From: Oscillospiraceae bacterium
GTDB lineage: Bacteria; Bacillota; Clostridia; Oscillospirales; CAG-272
NCBI GenBank assembly: GCA_015064385.1
Contig: SVSI01000009.1
Location: forward strand, 126-64,125
DNA length: 64,000 nucleotides
Reading direction: 5' to 3'
Below the pieces are notes generated by a model that did not search any database, was not told the origin of the DNA, and saw only the letters and a program-made list of their open reading frames with translations. The position numbers and the translations under genes are program-made. Of this stretch, positions 52,715-63,422 are shown in pieces. The stretch's first letter is position 1; each line of letters begins with the position of its first letter.

Positions 52715-54109
52715 TTATTTCTTCATATAGTATATCGCAATTTGTTCTGAACTTTCATTGTCTTGCGGTAAAAAAGCATCGCTGACCGGAAATCCGGGGA
52801 TCCACACGATATTATCACCTGATGTGATGATCGGCAGAGTGTCCCGATAGTCCAGCGGGAGTTTCTTTTCGGACAGGAGCTTTTTGACCTTTCTCGTCAT
52901 AGAGCCGTAGCGATAGCTGTCGCCGTCTTTGCGGCTTCTTGCCGACAAGCTGAAATTCATTATATCAAAGGATACTGAAGCTTTTATAGATATTTTGTAA
53001 ATATTTTGTTTGTTAATCGAATATTTACGCAGATGCTCATTTTTTTCCGAATTTTCTTCATTTTCTTTGCAAATATATATCACCGAATTATCCTCGGGAA
53101 TAATATTTTCGCCAAGGGAAAGAGAAATAAAATAGGGAGCACCCTCTTTTTTTTCGTTTTTTCTTAAAAATACAAGTCGATTATTTTCGATAACGGCTGA
53201 AATATCGTCCGGAAGGGAAATACTGCTGTGCGGTTTTCCGGCTTTGATCAGTGCTTCGACGTCCGAGACGTGTACGTGCTCGAGCTCTTTTCCGTTTGAA
53301 AATTCACGGTATCTGTTTTTGATAACGCGTCCGAGGATCGCCTTGTCAAGCGATCTGAGTTCGTCGAGTTCGCCTCCGACGAATTCTTTGGCGACCTTTT
53401 CAAGATACTCGTTGTCCGACTGCAAAAGCAGAGCGCTTCTTGAAAAGGTATCCTCAAGTGAGGGATTTATCGAGCGAAGCTCGGGGACGATCTTATGGCG
53501 TATGAGATTTCGTGTGTAGTCGGTATCAGAATTCGTGCTGTCGTAAACGAAATCTATCTCGTTTTCGCGAAGATATTCTGTTATCTCGCTTTTTGAACAA
53601 AATATAAGAGGACGAACGATATTTCCGCGTACTGCGGGAATTCCCGAGAGCCCCTTCAGTGCGCCGCCGCGCGCAAGGTTGAACAGTACCGTTTCAAGGT
53701 TGTCGGATGCGTTATGCGCCGTGGCAATTCGCTCAACTCCCCTTTCGCGGCAGAACTCGTCAAACGCGGCGTATCTGCAGTTGCGCGCCGCCTCCTCAAG
53801 TCCCGTTTTGCTTTCTGCGGCAATTTTTGGAACGTCTATGCGTACTACCGAGAGCTCAATATTCCAGCTTTTACAAAGGGATACGCAAAAATTTTCGTCA
53901 CGCAGCGCTTCCTCGCCGCGGATACCGTGATTTACGTGAAGTGCAAATAAAGAGAAGCCGCGTTTTACGGCTTCCTTTTTTAGCAGATAAAGAAGCGCGA
54001 CCGAATCGGCTCCTCCCGAAAGACCGACGAGAAGAGACCTGCACGACAGCATTGAATACCGTCTTACGGCATCTGAAAATTTTTCTTCAACTGATGAGAT
54101 TTTTTTCAT
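52715..54109 (-). CDS. tilS: tRNA(Ile)-lysidine synthetase
   Basis: PP-loop GLSGGADS, AHNASDNLETVLFNLARG, and a C-terminal TilS domain. Confidence 0.9.
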   Translation of the reverse strand: MKKISSVEEKFSDAVRRYSMLSCRSLLVGLSGGADSVALLYLLKKEAVKRGFSLFALHVNHGIRGEEALRDENFCVSLCKSWNIELSVVRIDVPKIAAESKTGLEEAARNCRYAAFDEFCRERGVERIATAHNASDNLETVLFNLARGGALKGLSGIPAVRGNIVRPLIFCSKSEITEYLRENEIDFVYDSTNSDTDYTRNLIRHKIVPELRSINPSLEDTFSRSALLLQSDNEYLEKVAKEFVGGELDELRSLDKAILGRVIKNRYREFSNGKELEHVHVSDVEALIKAGKPHSSISLPDDISAVIENNRLVFLRKNEKKEGAPYFISLSLGENIIPEDNSVIYICKENEENSEKNEHLRKYSINKQNIYKISIKASVSFDIMNFSLSARSRKDGDSYRYGSMTRKVKKLLSEKKLPLDYRDTLPIITSGDNIVWIPGFPVSDAFLPQDNESSEQIAIYYMKK

Positions 54110-54145
54110 TTTGTCGGTCCTTTCCGAGTATTTTTGAAGAGCAGA

Positions 54146-55480
54146 TTATCTGGGCTCCTCGAGATTTGTCATTGAGGAGAATCTCGTGTACTGACCGAAC
54201 CAGTTGAGCTTTACGTTTCCGCGTCCGCCGTGACGGTTCTTTTCAACGATTACCTCTGCAACGTTGCTTTCCTGCTCCTTTTCGTAATATTCGTCTCTGT
54301 AAAGGAATACTACCATATCCGCATCCTGCTCGATAGCACCCGAGTCACGAAGGTCGGAAAGCATAGGACGACGGTCCTTTCTTGCCTCGTTCGTACGCGA
54401 GAGCTGTGCGCAGCAGATAACGGGGACCTTAAGCTCTTTTGCGAGAAGCTTTAAGTTTCTGGATATCTCGCTGACCTCCTGAACGCGGTTATCTATCTTG
54501 CGGTCGCTCTGCATAAGCTGGAGGTAGTCAACCACGACGAGCCCGAGATTTTTAACTCTGCGGAGCTTGGACTTCATTCCGGTAATACTTATACCGGTGG
54601 TGTCGTCTATGTATATATCGTACTCCGAGAGGAAGGATGAAGCTTTTGCGAGCTTGGTCCAGTCGTCACTGGTGAGGTTTCCGTTTCGGAGTGAGGTGCT
54701 GTCAACGAGTGCCTCGCTGGCAAGCATTCTCTGTACGAGCTGCTCGCTTGACATCTCAAGCGAGAAAATGCAGACTGCCTTGCGCGAGGAACGAGCGATG
54801 TTGGTCGCCATATTAAGCGCGAACGCCGTTTTACCCATTCCGGGACGTGCGCCCACGATAACGAGGTCGCCCTCGCCAAAGCCGACGATAAGCTTATCGA
54901 GGTCGGCAAAGCCGGAGGGAGTTCCGATAGCCGCGTCGGGATTGGTGGCTCTTTCCTTTATGTTTTTGTAGGTCTCCATAAGAACGTCGCTGATCTTTAC
55001 GAAATCGCGGCTTTCCTTGGTCTGTGCAAGCGCGAAGATCTTTGCCTCGGCGCTATCTACTATCTTTTCAACCTCGTCCTGCTCTGCGTACGCAGTATCG
55101 GTAATTTCCGAGCAGGTGTCTATGAGCTGACGAAGAAGACTTTTGTCCTTTACTATTTTTGCATAGTCCTTGATATTCGAGGAGGAGGGAACTATCTCCG
55201 CTATCGTACGGATATACTTTTTGGACTGTTCAATGTCGTAAACGTCCTCCTGTACGAGCATATCCATAAGAATTACGGGGTCAATATCTCTTGACTGCAT
55301 TGCGAGCTTCTGCATAGCAGAGAATATCGCCTGATGCTCGTCGAGATAAAAGTCCATACTCGTGACGATAGAGGAAATATCGTTTATCTTCTCGGGATCG
55401 ATAAGGATAGATCCTAGAAGGGACTGCTCCGCCTCGAGCGAGAAGGGCATTTTTCTTAAAATATCGTTCGTGTTAGCCAT
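54146..55480 (-). CDS. dnaB: replicative DNA helicase
   Basis: PFSLEAEQSLLGSIL, GARPGMGKTAFALN, VVDYLQLM, and RecA-like C-domain motifs. Confidence 0.95.
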   Translation of the reverse strand: MANTNDILRKMPFSLEAEQSLLGSILIDPEKINDISSIVTSMDFYLDEHQAIFSAMQKLAMQSRDIDPVILMDMLVQEDVYDIEQSKKYIRTIAEIVPSSSNIKDYAKIVKDKSLLRQLIDTCSEITDTAYAEQDEVEKIVDSAEAKIFALAQTKESRDFVKISDVLMETYKNIKERATNPDAAIGTPSGFADLDKLIVGFGEGDLVIVGARPGMGKTAFALNMATNIARSSRKAVCIFSLEMSSEQLVQRMLASEALVDSTSLRNGNLTSDDWTKLAKASSFLSEYDIYIDDTTGISITGMKSKLRRVKNLGLVVVDYLQLMQSDRKIDNRVQEVSEISRNLKLLAKELKVPVICCAQLSRTNEARKDRRPMLSDLRDSGAIEQDADMVVFLYRDEYYEKEQESNVAEVIVEKNRHGGRGNVKLNWFGQYTRFSSMTNLEEPR

Positions 55481-55481
55481 A

Positions 55482-55931
55482 TTATTTATCGCTTACTACG
55501 CTGACTGCGAGCTTGCCTGACACTTTCGTGTAGAGCTTTACGTCCAGCGTGTATTCTCCGTAGTTTTTGATGGGTTTGTCGAGAACTATCTTGCGCTTGT
55601 CTATTACGATGCCGAACTGCTCTGCAAGCGATTCGGATATCTCTTTTACGGTAACTGCGCCGTAAAGACGGCTGTCACTGCCCGAGGTCGCCTTGATCAC
55701 GACCTTGACACCGGAAAGCTTTTCTGCAATTTCCTTTGCCTCCGCTATTTCAACGTCTATCTTGTGCTGCTTTGCGGCATCCTTGTTTTTCTGATCGTTG
55801 AGCGCCTTTGCGTCCGCTTCAACGGCAAGTCCTTTGGGAAGAAGGAAGTTTCTTGCATATCCGTCCGAGACGTTTATGATATCTCCCTTTTTGCCCTGTG
55901 CTTTTACGTCCTGAGTGAGTATTACTTTCAT
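55482..55931 (-). CDS. rplI: 50S ribosomal protein L9
   Basis: [36 protein letters not shown]. Confidence 0.95.
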   Translation of the reverse strand: MKVILTQDVKAQGKKGDIINVSDGYARNFLLPKGLAVEADAKALNDQKNKDAAKQHKIDVEIAEAKEIAEKLSGVKVVIKATSGSDSRLYGAVTVKEISESLAEQFGIVIDKRKIVLDKPIKNYGEYTLDVKLYTKVSGKLAVSVVSDK

Positions 55932-55964
55932 TTTCGAATATGGTCCTTTCGTGATAAAATGCGT

Positions 55965-57998
55965 TTAGTTCGCTCCGCCGTCCAGTGATACGTCTATCGA
56001 CTGCTTGAGCTTTACAAGTGCCTCTTCGATCGTAATATCGGGCATCTGCGTTGCGGCTGCGTTATAGTGTCCGCCGCCTCCGATACGCTCAAGGATAAGC
56101 TGTACGTTTATAGTACCGCTCGAACGTGCGGAAATGCAGATATTGTTGTCTATTCTGCATATAGCGAACGATGCAAGCACCCCGTCGATCGAGAGCAGAC
56201 TGTCTGCAACCTTTGCGGCGGCAACTCTGTCTGCGGGAGTGTTGTTTTCGTCAAGATTCGATGCAATGGCAACGACCTTTCTGTAAACGTGAACGTTGGA
56301 TTTGAATTTCGCTTCGCGCTGCATATCGTCGAGGTCGATCTTGAAGAGCTCCTGAACGTCCACGGGATCTGCGCCTTCGCTTCGGAGGTAGAGCGCGGAG
56401 GCGAAGGTACGGACTCCGATGCTCTGCGCGAAATATTTGGTGTCGAGTATGATTCCCGAATAGAGGAAATCCGCTTCGTTTTTGCCGAGACGTCCCGAGG
56501 GGAGCACCTGCTCGAGAAGCTCTGCAACTATCTCGCAGGTAGAGGATGCGGAGGGCTCGATATACGAAAGCAGGGGCGCTTTTTCGAAAGCGTCTGTCTG
56601 ACGGTGGTGATCGATGTAAACTATCTTGTCCGCGCACGCGGCAACGTCGGGTGCGTAGAACTGCTTCGGGTTGTTAACGTCAACTATGATGACGAGAGTG
56701 TCGGGACGTATCATATTCTGTGCAGAGGTTACGTCGATAAACACGTTTTTGAAGGAACGCGAGCCCTTGAGCTTTGCAAAGCCCTTTGCGAGGTTCTTAT
56801 CCTCGGTGTCAACTACTATATTGCAGTCCACTCCGCAGTGTCTGCAGAATCTTGCCATACCTATGCTTGCTCCGAAGCAGTCGTAATCGGGAAATTTATG
56901 TCCGAATATGATGACGTTGGGGCTATCGGCAATGAGGTTTGCAAGCGATAGAGCTACCGAACGCGATTTTACCGTCGAGCGCTTCTGCATAGTCTTGGTA
57001 ACGCCACCGTAGTATTCGATACCGCTGTCGGTCTTGACTACTGCCTGGTCTCCGCCGCGTGCAAGCGCCATTTCAAGACAGGAGCGCGCCGAGGTCTCTT
57101 TGGCGAGAATGGTGTCCCCGATGGTGGTCGTACCTATTGATATAGTTATCGGCGTTGCGCTGTTTCCGACCTTTATTGCGCGTACCTTCTCGAGAATGTC
57201 GAATTTACACTCTATAAAGGCGTCCATGTGCTTTGCGGCAAAGAAGAATATATATTTGTTTCTTTCGTACTCTTTAAGCGTTCCGTTTACAGAAGCTGCC
57301 CAACCGGCAAGCAGAGAAGATATCTCGGCTGCTGCCGCGCTCGTGTTCTCCTGCTCGAGCTGAACGAGCTCGTCTATGTTGTCAAGCACGATATAGGCAA
57401 CGAGTATCTCCTCGTCACGCAGAGTCTTTTTGACCGCGCAAAGCTCGGTGATATCGGTGAAAAGGACCGAGCATACTCGGCTCTTGCCGATATAAAAGGG
57501 CTTTGCACTTACCTTGTAGGGCGTTTCGCCTACCGTGCATTCGATTCCGTCGTCGCCCGCATCGATTATATCTTCGAGGGAGCTTTCGCAGAAATCGGAG
57601 AACTGTCTCGAGTGTATCGAGCTGCGGCGTCGGAGAAGGGAAAAGGCGGAATTTATCCAAAGAAGAGTACCCTTGTCCGAAACGAGAGCGACGGGAGCGT
57701 CCAGCGCATTATTTACCGATGCAAGTACCTCTCCCGAATATGCAAGGGGATCCGTCTTGCTGAAGAATTTTGCGTGGACGAAATGCAATACCGTAATAAA
57801 TATTGTCTCGCAAAGAAGATACAGGACGGTAGCAAAGAAGGTCATAAGTCCCGCAGAGATCTTCGGGGAGGGCGCAAGCTGTATCTCTCTGAGTCCCCAT
57901 ATAAAGAACACGGTAATGAGGATTATTCCGATAATGCGCTGAGTTGATTCATATCGCAATACCTTTTTTATTCTTGCGAAAAATGTACTTGATTTCAT
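55965..57998 (-). CDS. gdpP: GdpP/YybT-type DHH-DHHA1 phosphodiesterase (cyclic-di-AMP phosphodiesterase family)
   Basis: Two N-terminal TM helices, PAS-like and degenerate GGDEF-like regions. DHH motifs FGHKFPDYDCFGA, VDVN, IDHHR, and GGGGH. Conserved yybS-gdpP-rplI-dnaB context. Confidence 0.85.
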   Translation of the reverse strand: MKSSTFFARIKKVLRYESTQRIIGIILITVFFIWGLREIQLAPSPKISAGLMTFFATVLYLLCETIFITVLHFVHAKFFSKTDPLAYSGEVLASVNNALDAPVALVSDKGTLLWINSAFSLLRRRSSIHSRQFSDFCESSLEDIIDAGDDGIECTVGETPYKVSAKPFYIGKSRVCSVLFTDITELCAVKKTLRDEEILVAYIVLDNIDELVQLEQENTSAAAAEISSLLAGWAASVNGTLKEYERNKYIFFFAAKHMDAFIECKFDILEKVRAIKVGNSATPITISIGTTTIGDTILAKETSARSCLEMALARGGDQAVVKTDSGIEYYGGVTKTMQKRSTVKSRSVALSLANLIADSPNVIIFGHKFPDYDCFGASIGMARFCRHCGVDCNIVVDTEDKNLAKGFAKLKGSRSFKNVFIDVTSAQNMIRPDTLVIIVDVNNPKQFYAPDVAACADKIVYIDHHRQTDAFEKAPLLSYIEPSASSTCEIVAELLEQVLPSGRLGKNEADFLYSGIILDTKYFAQSIGVRTFASALYLRSEGADPVDVQELFKIDLDDMQREAKFKSNVHVYRKVVAIASNLDENNTPADRVAAAKVADSLLSIDGVLASFAICRIDNNICISARSSGTINVQLILERIGGGGHYNAAATQMPDITIEEALVKLKQSIDVSLDGGAN

Positions 57999-58047
57999 AG
58001 TTTACTGAAAATACTCCTTTCGTAAACGAAAAGCTATATGAAAAGCG

Positions 58048-59112
58048 TTATTTTTTATCTTTTTTATCCGTTTTTTCTCCGTAGAAGCGCTCGCGGAACG
58101 CCTTGAACAGATTGTCAAACGCTCCCATTACCGCAAATATCATAAGGAGAATTGCGGGATTTCTTATGCAGTACATAATTATCAGTATCCAGAACAGTAT
58201 TCCGAACAGTCCGGGACGCTTGAAATGTGACGGAGCCGCGCGCAGTCCGAGAAGGAAAAATCCGGGCAAAAGCGCGATGAAGAGGTTTGCACCCGTCATA
58301 ACTAAGATCTTTTTCTCGTCAGATACCGCAAAGACGAATATCAGAAAAGATACGAGGAAAATGACCGAAGCGAGACGGCTCAGCTTGAGAGGCCAATGTG
58401 TAAGTCCTTCCTTACACACGTCTCTGTCAAGCACGAGAATACGCGTCAGGGTTATCTCTATATACGAGAGTATTGATACCAGCGCTATTGCAAATGCGGG
58501 AGTCAGCAGTACAGAAAGCTCGAAAACCTCGTGAAGCTGTGCCTGCGTGATGCCGAGTCCGGCATACGAATAGGTCTCAAGCACCTCTTCAAAGCTTGAT
58601 ATCAGAGAACTCTTGACCGCGCCGAGCGAGGCGGCGGATATTTCACCGAAGCTTTCGTAATGGCTGAGCGCGAGAGCGGAAAGAAGCGTTAGCATCAGCA
58701 CTACCGCGTTGGCGGAAAGGGTGTGGGTTTTCTCACACGAGCTTGACATACAAAGGGACACCACCGCCGCCGATGGTACGAATGCAAGCGCTAAAAGCGT
58801 TTCGGCTGCACTCGCTCCGAGCAGAACGTGCACAGAGCAGGAGAATACGAGCGGCAGAGCAAGTGTTATAAGATATAGGACGTATCTGCCCTTTGAAAGC
58901 AGTACGGTAAGCGCGCACGAGAGCAGCATACTTCCCGTTATGAGAGAAAGAATAAAGAGCATTGACGGATCGTACGGTAAGATCTCGGCGTCGGCGTAAA
59001 AGCTTTTCATAAGTACGCCGAGTACCGATAATGCGCACGAGACGACCGTCATTATAAAGACGCGGTCTTTTTTCTTCCTTACCGTGCCCGTTTCGTTGAT
59101 ATATGCGTTCAT
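58048..59112 (-). CDS. DUF2232 (YybS-like) polytopic membrane protein
   Basis: 354 aa with many TM helices. Sits upstream of gdpP as yybS does in Bacillus. Confidence 0.7.
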   Translation of the reverse strand: MNAYINETGTVRKKKDRVFIMTVVSCALSVLGVLMKSFYADAEILPYDPSMLFILSLITGSMLLSCALTVLLSKGRYVLYLITLALPLVFSCSVHVLLGASAAETLLALAFVPSAAVVSLCMSSSCEKTHTLSANAVVLMLTLLSALALSHYESFGEISAASLGAVKSSLISSFEEVLETYSYAGLGITQAQLHEVFELSVLLTPAFAIALVSILSYIEITLTRILVLDRDVCKEGLTHWPLKLSRLASVIFLVSFLIFVFAVSDEKKILVMTGANLFIALLPGFFLLGLRAAPSHFKRPGLFGILFWILIIMYCIRNPAILLMIFAVMGAFDNLFKAFRERFYGEKTDKKDKK

Positions 59113-59302
59113 TAAATGGGACCTCCGTGCCGCAAAAGCGGCGAAATGCGAGATGGATCTGCCGAAGGCATACTACGGCAGAATATAAAAACCTACCTTA
59201 GATTATACCACACGCATTTGCTTTTGTAAAGTCTTAAAGAGATAAAAAATGATGTTTTTTGTTAAATATATTTATATAAATAATATATAAACGCGAAAAA
59301 CT

Positions 59303-59331
59303 CTTGACGAAATCGAAAAAAAGTTATATAA
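59303..59331 (+). promoter_or_regulatory. sigma-A promoter of rimM-trmD
   Basis: TTGACG (59303-59308), 17 bp spacer, TATAAT (59326-59331). Lies inside the ORF-track N-terminal extension. Confidence 0.7.
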
Positions 59332-59375
59332 TGATGATGGATTTTTATTTCAGTACACATTTAAGGAAAACTCTT

Positions 59376-59894
59376 ATGGGACGTAATCTGGCAAAATATC
59401 TTGAGGCAGGAAAAATAGCAAACACGCACGGCGTGCGCGGAGACATTGTAGTTGATTCTCTGTGCGACAGTCCGAAGATCCTTGCCGAGCTTAAAACTCT
59501 TTATATAAAGCGCGCGGGCGAGTACGTCAAAATGGACGTCGCGCGCTCGTCTCTTCATCAGGGACGCGTTTTGATGCGCTTTGAGGGTGTAAACAGTCTG
59601 GACGACGCCATTTTATATAAGGGTAAGTCGGTATATGCCGCAAGAGATGATCTTAAGATCCCCGAGGATCAGATATTCATTGCCGACCTTATCGGGCTCG
59701 ACGTTTTTCGTGCCGATAATAAGGAAAAGCTCGGCAAGATAAGCGACGTAGTCAATTACGGCTTCAACGATATTCTTGAAATCGACAGAGGGCAGGGTGT
59801 TAAAACTCTCGTCCCAAATCTCGAGCAGTTCGTTGAGAAGATATCCCTTGAAGAGGGCGTGTTTATAATACCTGTGGAGGGGCTTCTCGAATGA
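59376..59894 (+). CDS. rimM: 16S rRNA processing protein RimM
   Basis: From the internal Met: MGRNLAKYLEAGKIANTHGVRGDIVV..., with a PRC-barrel C-domain. Stop overlaps the trmD start. Confidence 0.85.
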   Translation: MGRNLAKYLEAGKIANTHGVRGDIVVDSLCDSPKILAELKTLYIKRAGEYVKMDVARSSLHQGRVLMRFEGVNSLDDAILYKGKSVYAARDDLKIPEDQIFIADLIGLDVFRADNKEKLGKISDVVNYGFNDILEIDRGQGVKTLVPNLEQFVEKISLEEGVFIIPVEGLLE

Positions 59895-60574
59895 CCTTTG
59901 ACGTTATGACGCTCTTTCCCGAGCTTGTTGAAACGGTCACGTCCGAAAGCATAATCGGGAGAGCAAGAAAATCAGGCGCGATAACCGTGCGTACGCATAA
60001 TATACGCGACTTTTCAAAGGACAAGCACAGAAAGGTCGATGATACTCCGTACGGAGGCGGGATGGGAATGCTTATGGCGGCACCTCCGATATACGACTGC
60101 TACCTTTCGGTAAAGCAGCAACAGCAGGGAAGCTCGGTCTGCGTGTTTATGTCGGCGCAGGGCAAGGTGCTCACCCAGAAAAAAGCGATAGAGCTTTCAA
60201 AATACGATAATATAACTATCCTTTGCGGACACTACGAGGGTGTTGACAGAAGAATAGTTGACGAAATAGTAGATGAGGAGATCTCGATAGGAGACTACGT
60301 CCTCACGGGCGGAGAGATACCTGCCTGCATTCTGATAGATGCGGTATCGCGTATGTGCGATGGAGTGCTTTCGGCGGACGAGTGCTTTGAAAACGAAAGC
60401 ATTTACGGCGGAGTGCTCGAATATCCGCAATATACCCGCCCCGAAGAGTTCAGGGGAAAAAAGGTCCCCGACGTGCTTCTCGGCGGAGACCATAAAAAAA
60501 TAGAAAAATGGAGAAGAGAAGCGGCACTCGTTCTTACCGAAAAGAACCGTCCCGATCTTCTCGGGAAAAAGTAA
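59891..60574 (+). CDS. trmD: tRNA (guanine37-N1)-methyltransferase
   Basis: FDVMTLFPE, VDDTPYGGGMGM, CGHYEGVDRR, GDYVLTGGE, GDHKKIEKWR. Confidence 0.95.
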   Translation: MTFDVMTLFPELVETVTSESIIGRARKSGAITVRTHNIRDFSKDKHRKVDDTPYGGGMGMLMAAPPIYDCYLSVKQQQQGSSVCVFMSAQGKVLTQKKAIELSKYDNITILCGHYEGVDRRIVDEIVDEEISIGDYVLTGGEIPACILIDAVSRMCDGVLSADECFENESIYGGVLEYPQYTRPEEFRGKKVPDVLLGGDHKKIEKWRREAALVLTEKNRPDLLGKK

Positions 60575-60610
60575 TATACGTAAATTTCAGTACGTAAGAA
60601 AGGAAAGGTC

Positions 60611-62824
60611 ATGGACAAGGACAACAAACTGCCCGAGATCGAAAAGCCGACCTACACGTCCGATTTCAGCTCTGATCCGGAATGGCGCAGCGACGCTTCC
60701 GAAAGCGATACGCCACAGCCGGTGCCGAGCAGCGAGGAGCCGTCAAAGAACGCGGCTTTTACCGTGAAAAGCGACAAGGGCGGCAAAAAACGTTCGCGTC
60801 TCAAAAATGCGAAATGGCTTTTTGACCGAAAGGAAAGCACTATAATGCGCTTTATAGACCGCACGGTCAGCTCGCTCTACGATAAAACCAAAAACGGCGC
60901 GGTAGGACACTTTTTCACATCCTACGCAAAGACTGAAAGAGCACTCAAAACGTCTGCGACCTTCTCGTTTTTCGGAGCAGCATCCGAGTTTTTCAGAAAG
61001 CGCAGAAGCTTAAAGGTCAAGGAACATACCGTTATTGACGATACCACCGGAGAGGTGGTTGCGGTAGTCCGGGATCCCGCAAGCAGAAAGCGTCCTTTAA
61101 TAAAAAGGGTGATCAGTGCGGTAGATAACAGCGTTATAGTAAACGCCGTCAGAAGATTTATGAGTACGCTCTTTTATCTCCCGATGTCAACCTACGGCGC
61201 ACTGCTTCTCTCGCTCGGAATAACGACTATTCTCGTGCAGGCGGCAAGAGTATTTCTGCTGTCTGGCGATCTCGGAATATCGTCGGTTGTGATAGGCGTT
61301 ATATATACCCTTATATCTATGCTTACCATATTCTCGGGCGATGCTTCGCTTGCAAAATACGTTTGTGACAGCAAGATCGGCAGCTTTATTTTAGTGTCGG
61401 TGTTCGGAGTGTCGAAAAAGACGGTGGATCTCGGAAGAAGCGTGAAAAAATACCGTTTCTGGGCATTTATCGTCGGTGTATCGCTCGGACTTTTGTCTGC
61501 CGCGGTCAACGCGCAAAGCATCTTTATCGGAGCGGTAATTGCCATATTCGCTCTCGGAATAGCAACTAATCCCGAAAGCGGAGTGATACTTACCACCTTC
61601 GCGCTTCCGTTTACCTCTCTTATCAAAAACGGAGAGTTGTATCTGTGCATCGCCGTTTTATATACGGTGCTCGTGTGGGTAATAAAGCTGATATTCGGAA
61701 AAAGACGCGCGGCGTTTGGTGCCATCGAGGGCTGGATGACTCTCTTTGCGCTGTTCGTGATCGTTACGGGACTCGTCTCGGCGGACAGGGCGCAGGCGTC
61801 AAGACATGCACTTAAGCTTATCTCGGCAATGCTCGGATTTTTCGCTGCATCGGGTCTCCTTTCGACGCGTGCGTGGTTCAGAAAGGAAATAAACGCAGTT
61901 TTGCTGTCGGGATACATCGTGTCGGTAGTTACTGTGTATCAGTGGATCGCAGGATCGATCGGCGTTTCGTGGAGTCTTAGCGAAATGGCTGCTCTCAATA
62001 TCACCTCGGTCTTTTCGAGCGGAGAAGCTCTTGCACTCTATCTTATCACGGTATTCTTCTTCGCTCTGACGGGAATTACCTCCCACGAAAAGAAGGGCGG
62101 TAAATTCTTCTCGTTTTTACTTGCCGTAATATCTCTGTTCGGTATCCTGATCATTTCAAACGTTTACGTTTGGGTGGTGCTCGTTTCGGCGATCGTTTTC
62201 TACTCGCTGATAAGATCCAAAAAGAACGCGGCGTCCGTGTTCGGACTGCTCGTTTTACTGCTTCTCGTCGTGTCTCTCGTTTCGGATATACTGCCGAGCG
62301 TTTTCTCGGGAGTTACGGGAGAAAGCTTTGTGGAAAGATTTGAGGTCATGCGTACGGCGGGACAGATGTCGGGACAGTATCTCATAAGCGGTATCGGTCT
62401 CGGAGAGGGAGTGTTTGATAACGCGTACGCTTCGCTTGCGACGTCCGACGGCGTGCATTCCTCCGACGGAGGAAGTCTCCTTACGGAGCTTTTGATACGT
62501 ATGGGCTTTATGGGTGTCGTTTTCGTGGCGTTTGCTATGATACTTTCTTACAGACAGGCGTTTTCAACGCTTAAGATCTCCGCCTCGGATACCTACGCGC
62601 AAAGATGGACGATAGCGTCAATATGCTCGCTTACCGCAATGCTTCTCGTTTCGCTGGTATTCTATGTATGGAGCGATACGTCCGTGGCGCTTATGTTCTG
62701 GACGGTGACGGGACTCATATCCGCATCGCGCAGGATCGCGCTTTTTGAAAACACGGGAACATCACACGAGAGCGGACCGACCATAGAGCTTCCGATAAGC
62801 AGCTTCCGCAGATCAAAAAGATAA
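60611..62824 (+). CDS. large polytopic membrane protein, O-antigen ligase/polymerase (Wzy_C)-like
   Basis: 737 aa. Soluble N-terminus of about 180 aa, then at least 12 TM helices with one larger loop. The family call is tentative. Confidence 0.5.
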   Translation: MDKDNKLPEIEKPTYTSDFSSDPEWRSDASESDTPQPVPSSEEPSKNAAFTVKSDKGGKKRSRLKNAKWLFDRKESTIMRFIDRTVSSLYDKTKNGAVGHFFTSYAKTERALKTSATFSFFGAASEFFRKRRSLKVKEHTVIDDTTGEVVAVVRDPASRKRPLIKRVISAVDNSVIVNAVRRFMSTLFYLPMSTYGALLLSLGITTILVQAARVFLLSGDLGISSVVIGVIYTLISMLTIFSGDASLAKYVCDSKIGSFILVSVFGVSKKTVDLGRSVKKYRFWAFIVGVSLGLLSAAVNAQSIFIGAVIAIFALGIATNPESGVILTTFALPFTSLIKNGELYLCIAVLYTVLVWVIKLIFGKRRAAFGAIEGWMTLFALFVIVTGLVSADRAQASRHALKLISAMLGFFAASGLLSTRAWFRKEINAVLLSGYIVSVVTVYQWIAGSIGVSWSLSEMAALNITSVFSSGEALALYLITVFFFALTGITSHEKKGGKFFSFLLAVISLFGILIISNVYVWVVLVSAIVFYSLIRSKKNAASVFGLLVLLLLVVSLVSDILPSVFSGVTGESFVERFEVMRTAGQMSGQYLISGIGLGEGVFDNAYASLATSDGVHSSDGGSLLTELLIRMGFMGVVFVAFAMILSYRQAFSTLKISASDTYAQRWTIASICSLTAMLLVSLVFYVWSDTSVALMFWTVTGLISASRRIALFENTGTSHESGPTIELPISSFRRSKR

Positions 62825-62860
62825 ATCTTAAAAGCTATACCCGAAAGGATAATAAATAAG

Positions 62861-63418
62861 ATGAACAAACAGAAAAATAGCAAGCGCGTAAGGAGAATGA
62901 ATTTCGTTGACTGGCTTTTGCTGGCGCTGGCAGTTATATCGGTAGGAGTTTTCGTTTATTTTGCATTCTTCTCTGAGCTCCAGCTCTTCTCAAAACGCGA
63001 GGAAAACGTTTCTTTCGAATACACCGTGACGGTAGAAAACGTGAATGCGAATATACTCCTCGGTCTTGCGGATCGCGATCTGCCCGAAAGCAGAACCGAG
63101 CTTAAAACCGATTTCATAAGCGTGGGCGATAAGGTCTATTCGTGCGAAGACGGCGCGCTTATCGGCAGAGTTACCGCAGTGGCTTACGAGCGTTCGGTTG
63201 AGCCCACCGAGGCAAAGGACGAAAACGGTAACCTTATATACGCCGACTATTACGGACACGTTGATATTATCATAACCGTCAAGGGCGAGGGTGTCAGTGA
63301 AAACGGAGTTTTCAGTATAAACGGATACGAGCTTCGCGTTGGATCTGATATTGAGTTCAGAACTCCCAAATACACCGCACTGGGTGAGATCGTGAACGTC
63401 AGCGGAAAGGAGGCGTAA
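62861..63418 (+). CDS. DUF4330-like single-pass membrane protein (paralog A)
   Basis: Basic N-terminus, then TM helix (FVDWLLLALAVISVGVFVYFAF), then a beta-rich domain of about 130 aa. Tentative family call. Confidence 0.55.
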   Translation: MNKQKNSKRVRRMNFVDWLLLALAVISVGVFVYFAFFSELQLFSKREENVSFEYTVTVENVNANILLGLADRDLPESRTELKTDFISVGDKVYSCEDGALIGRVTAVAYERSVEPTEAKDENGNLIYADYYGHVDIIITVKGEGVSENGVFSINGYELRVGSDIEFRTPKYTALGEIVNVSGKEA

Positions 63419-63422
63419 GCAA

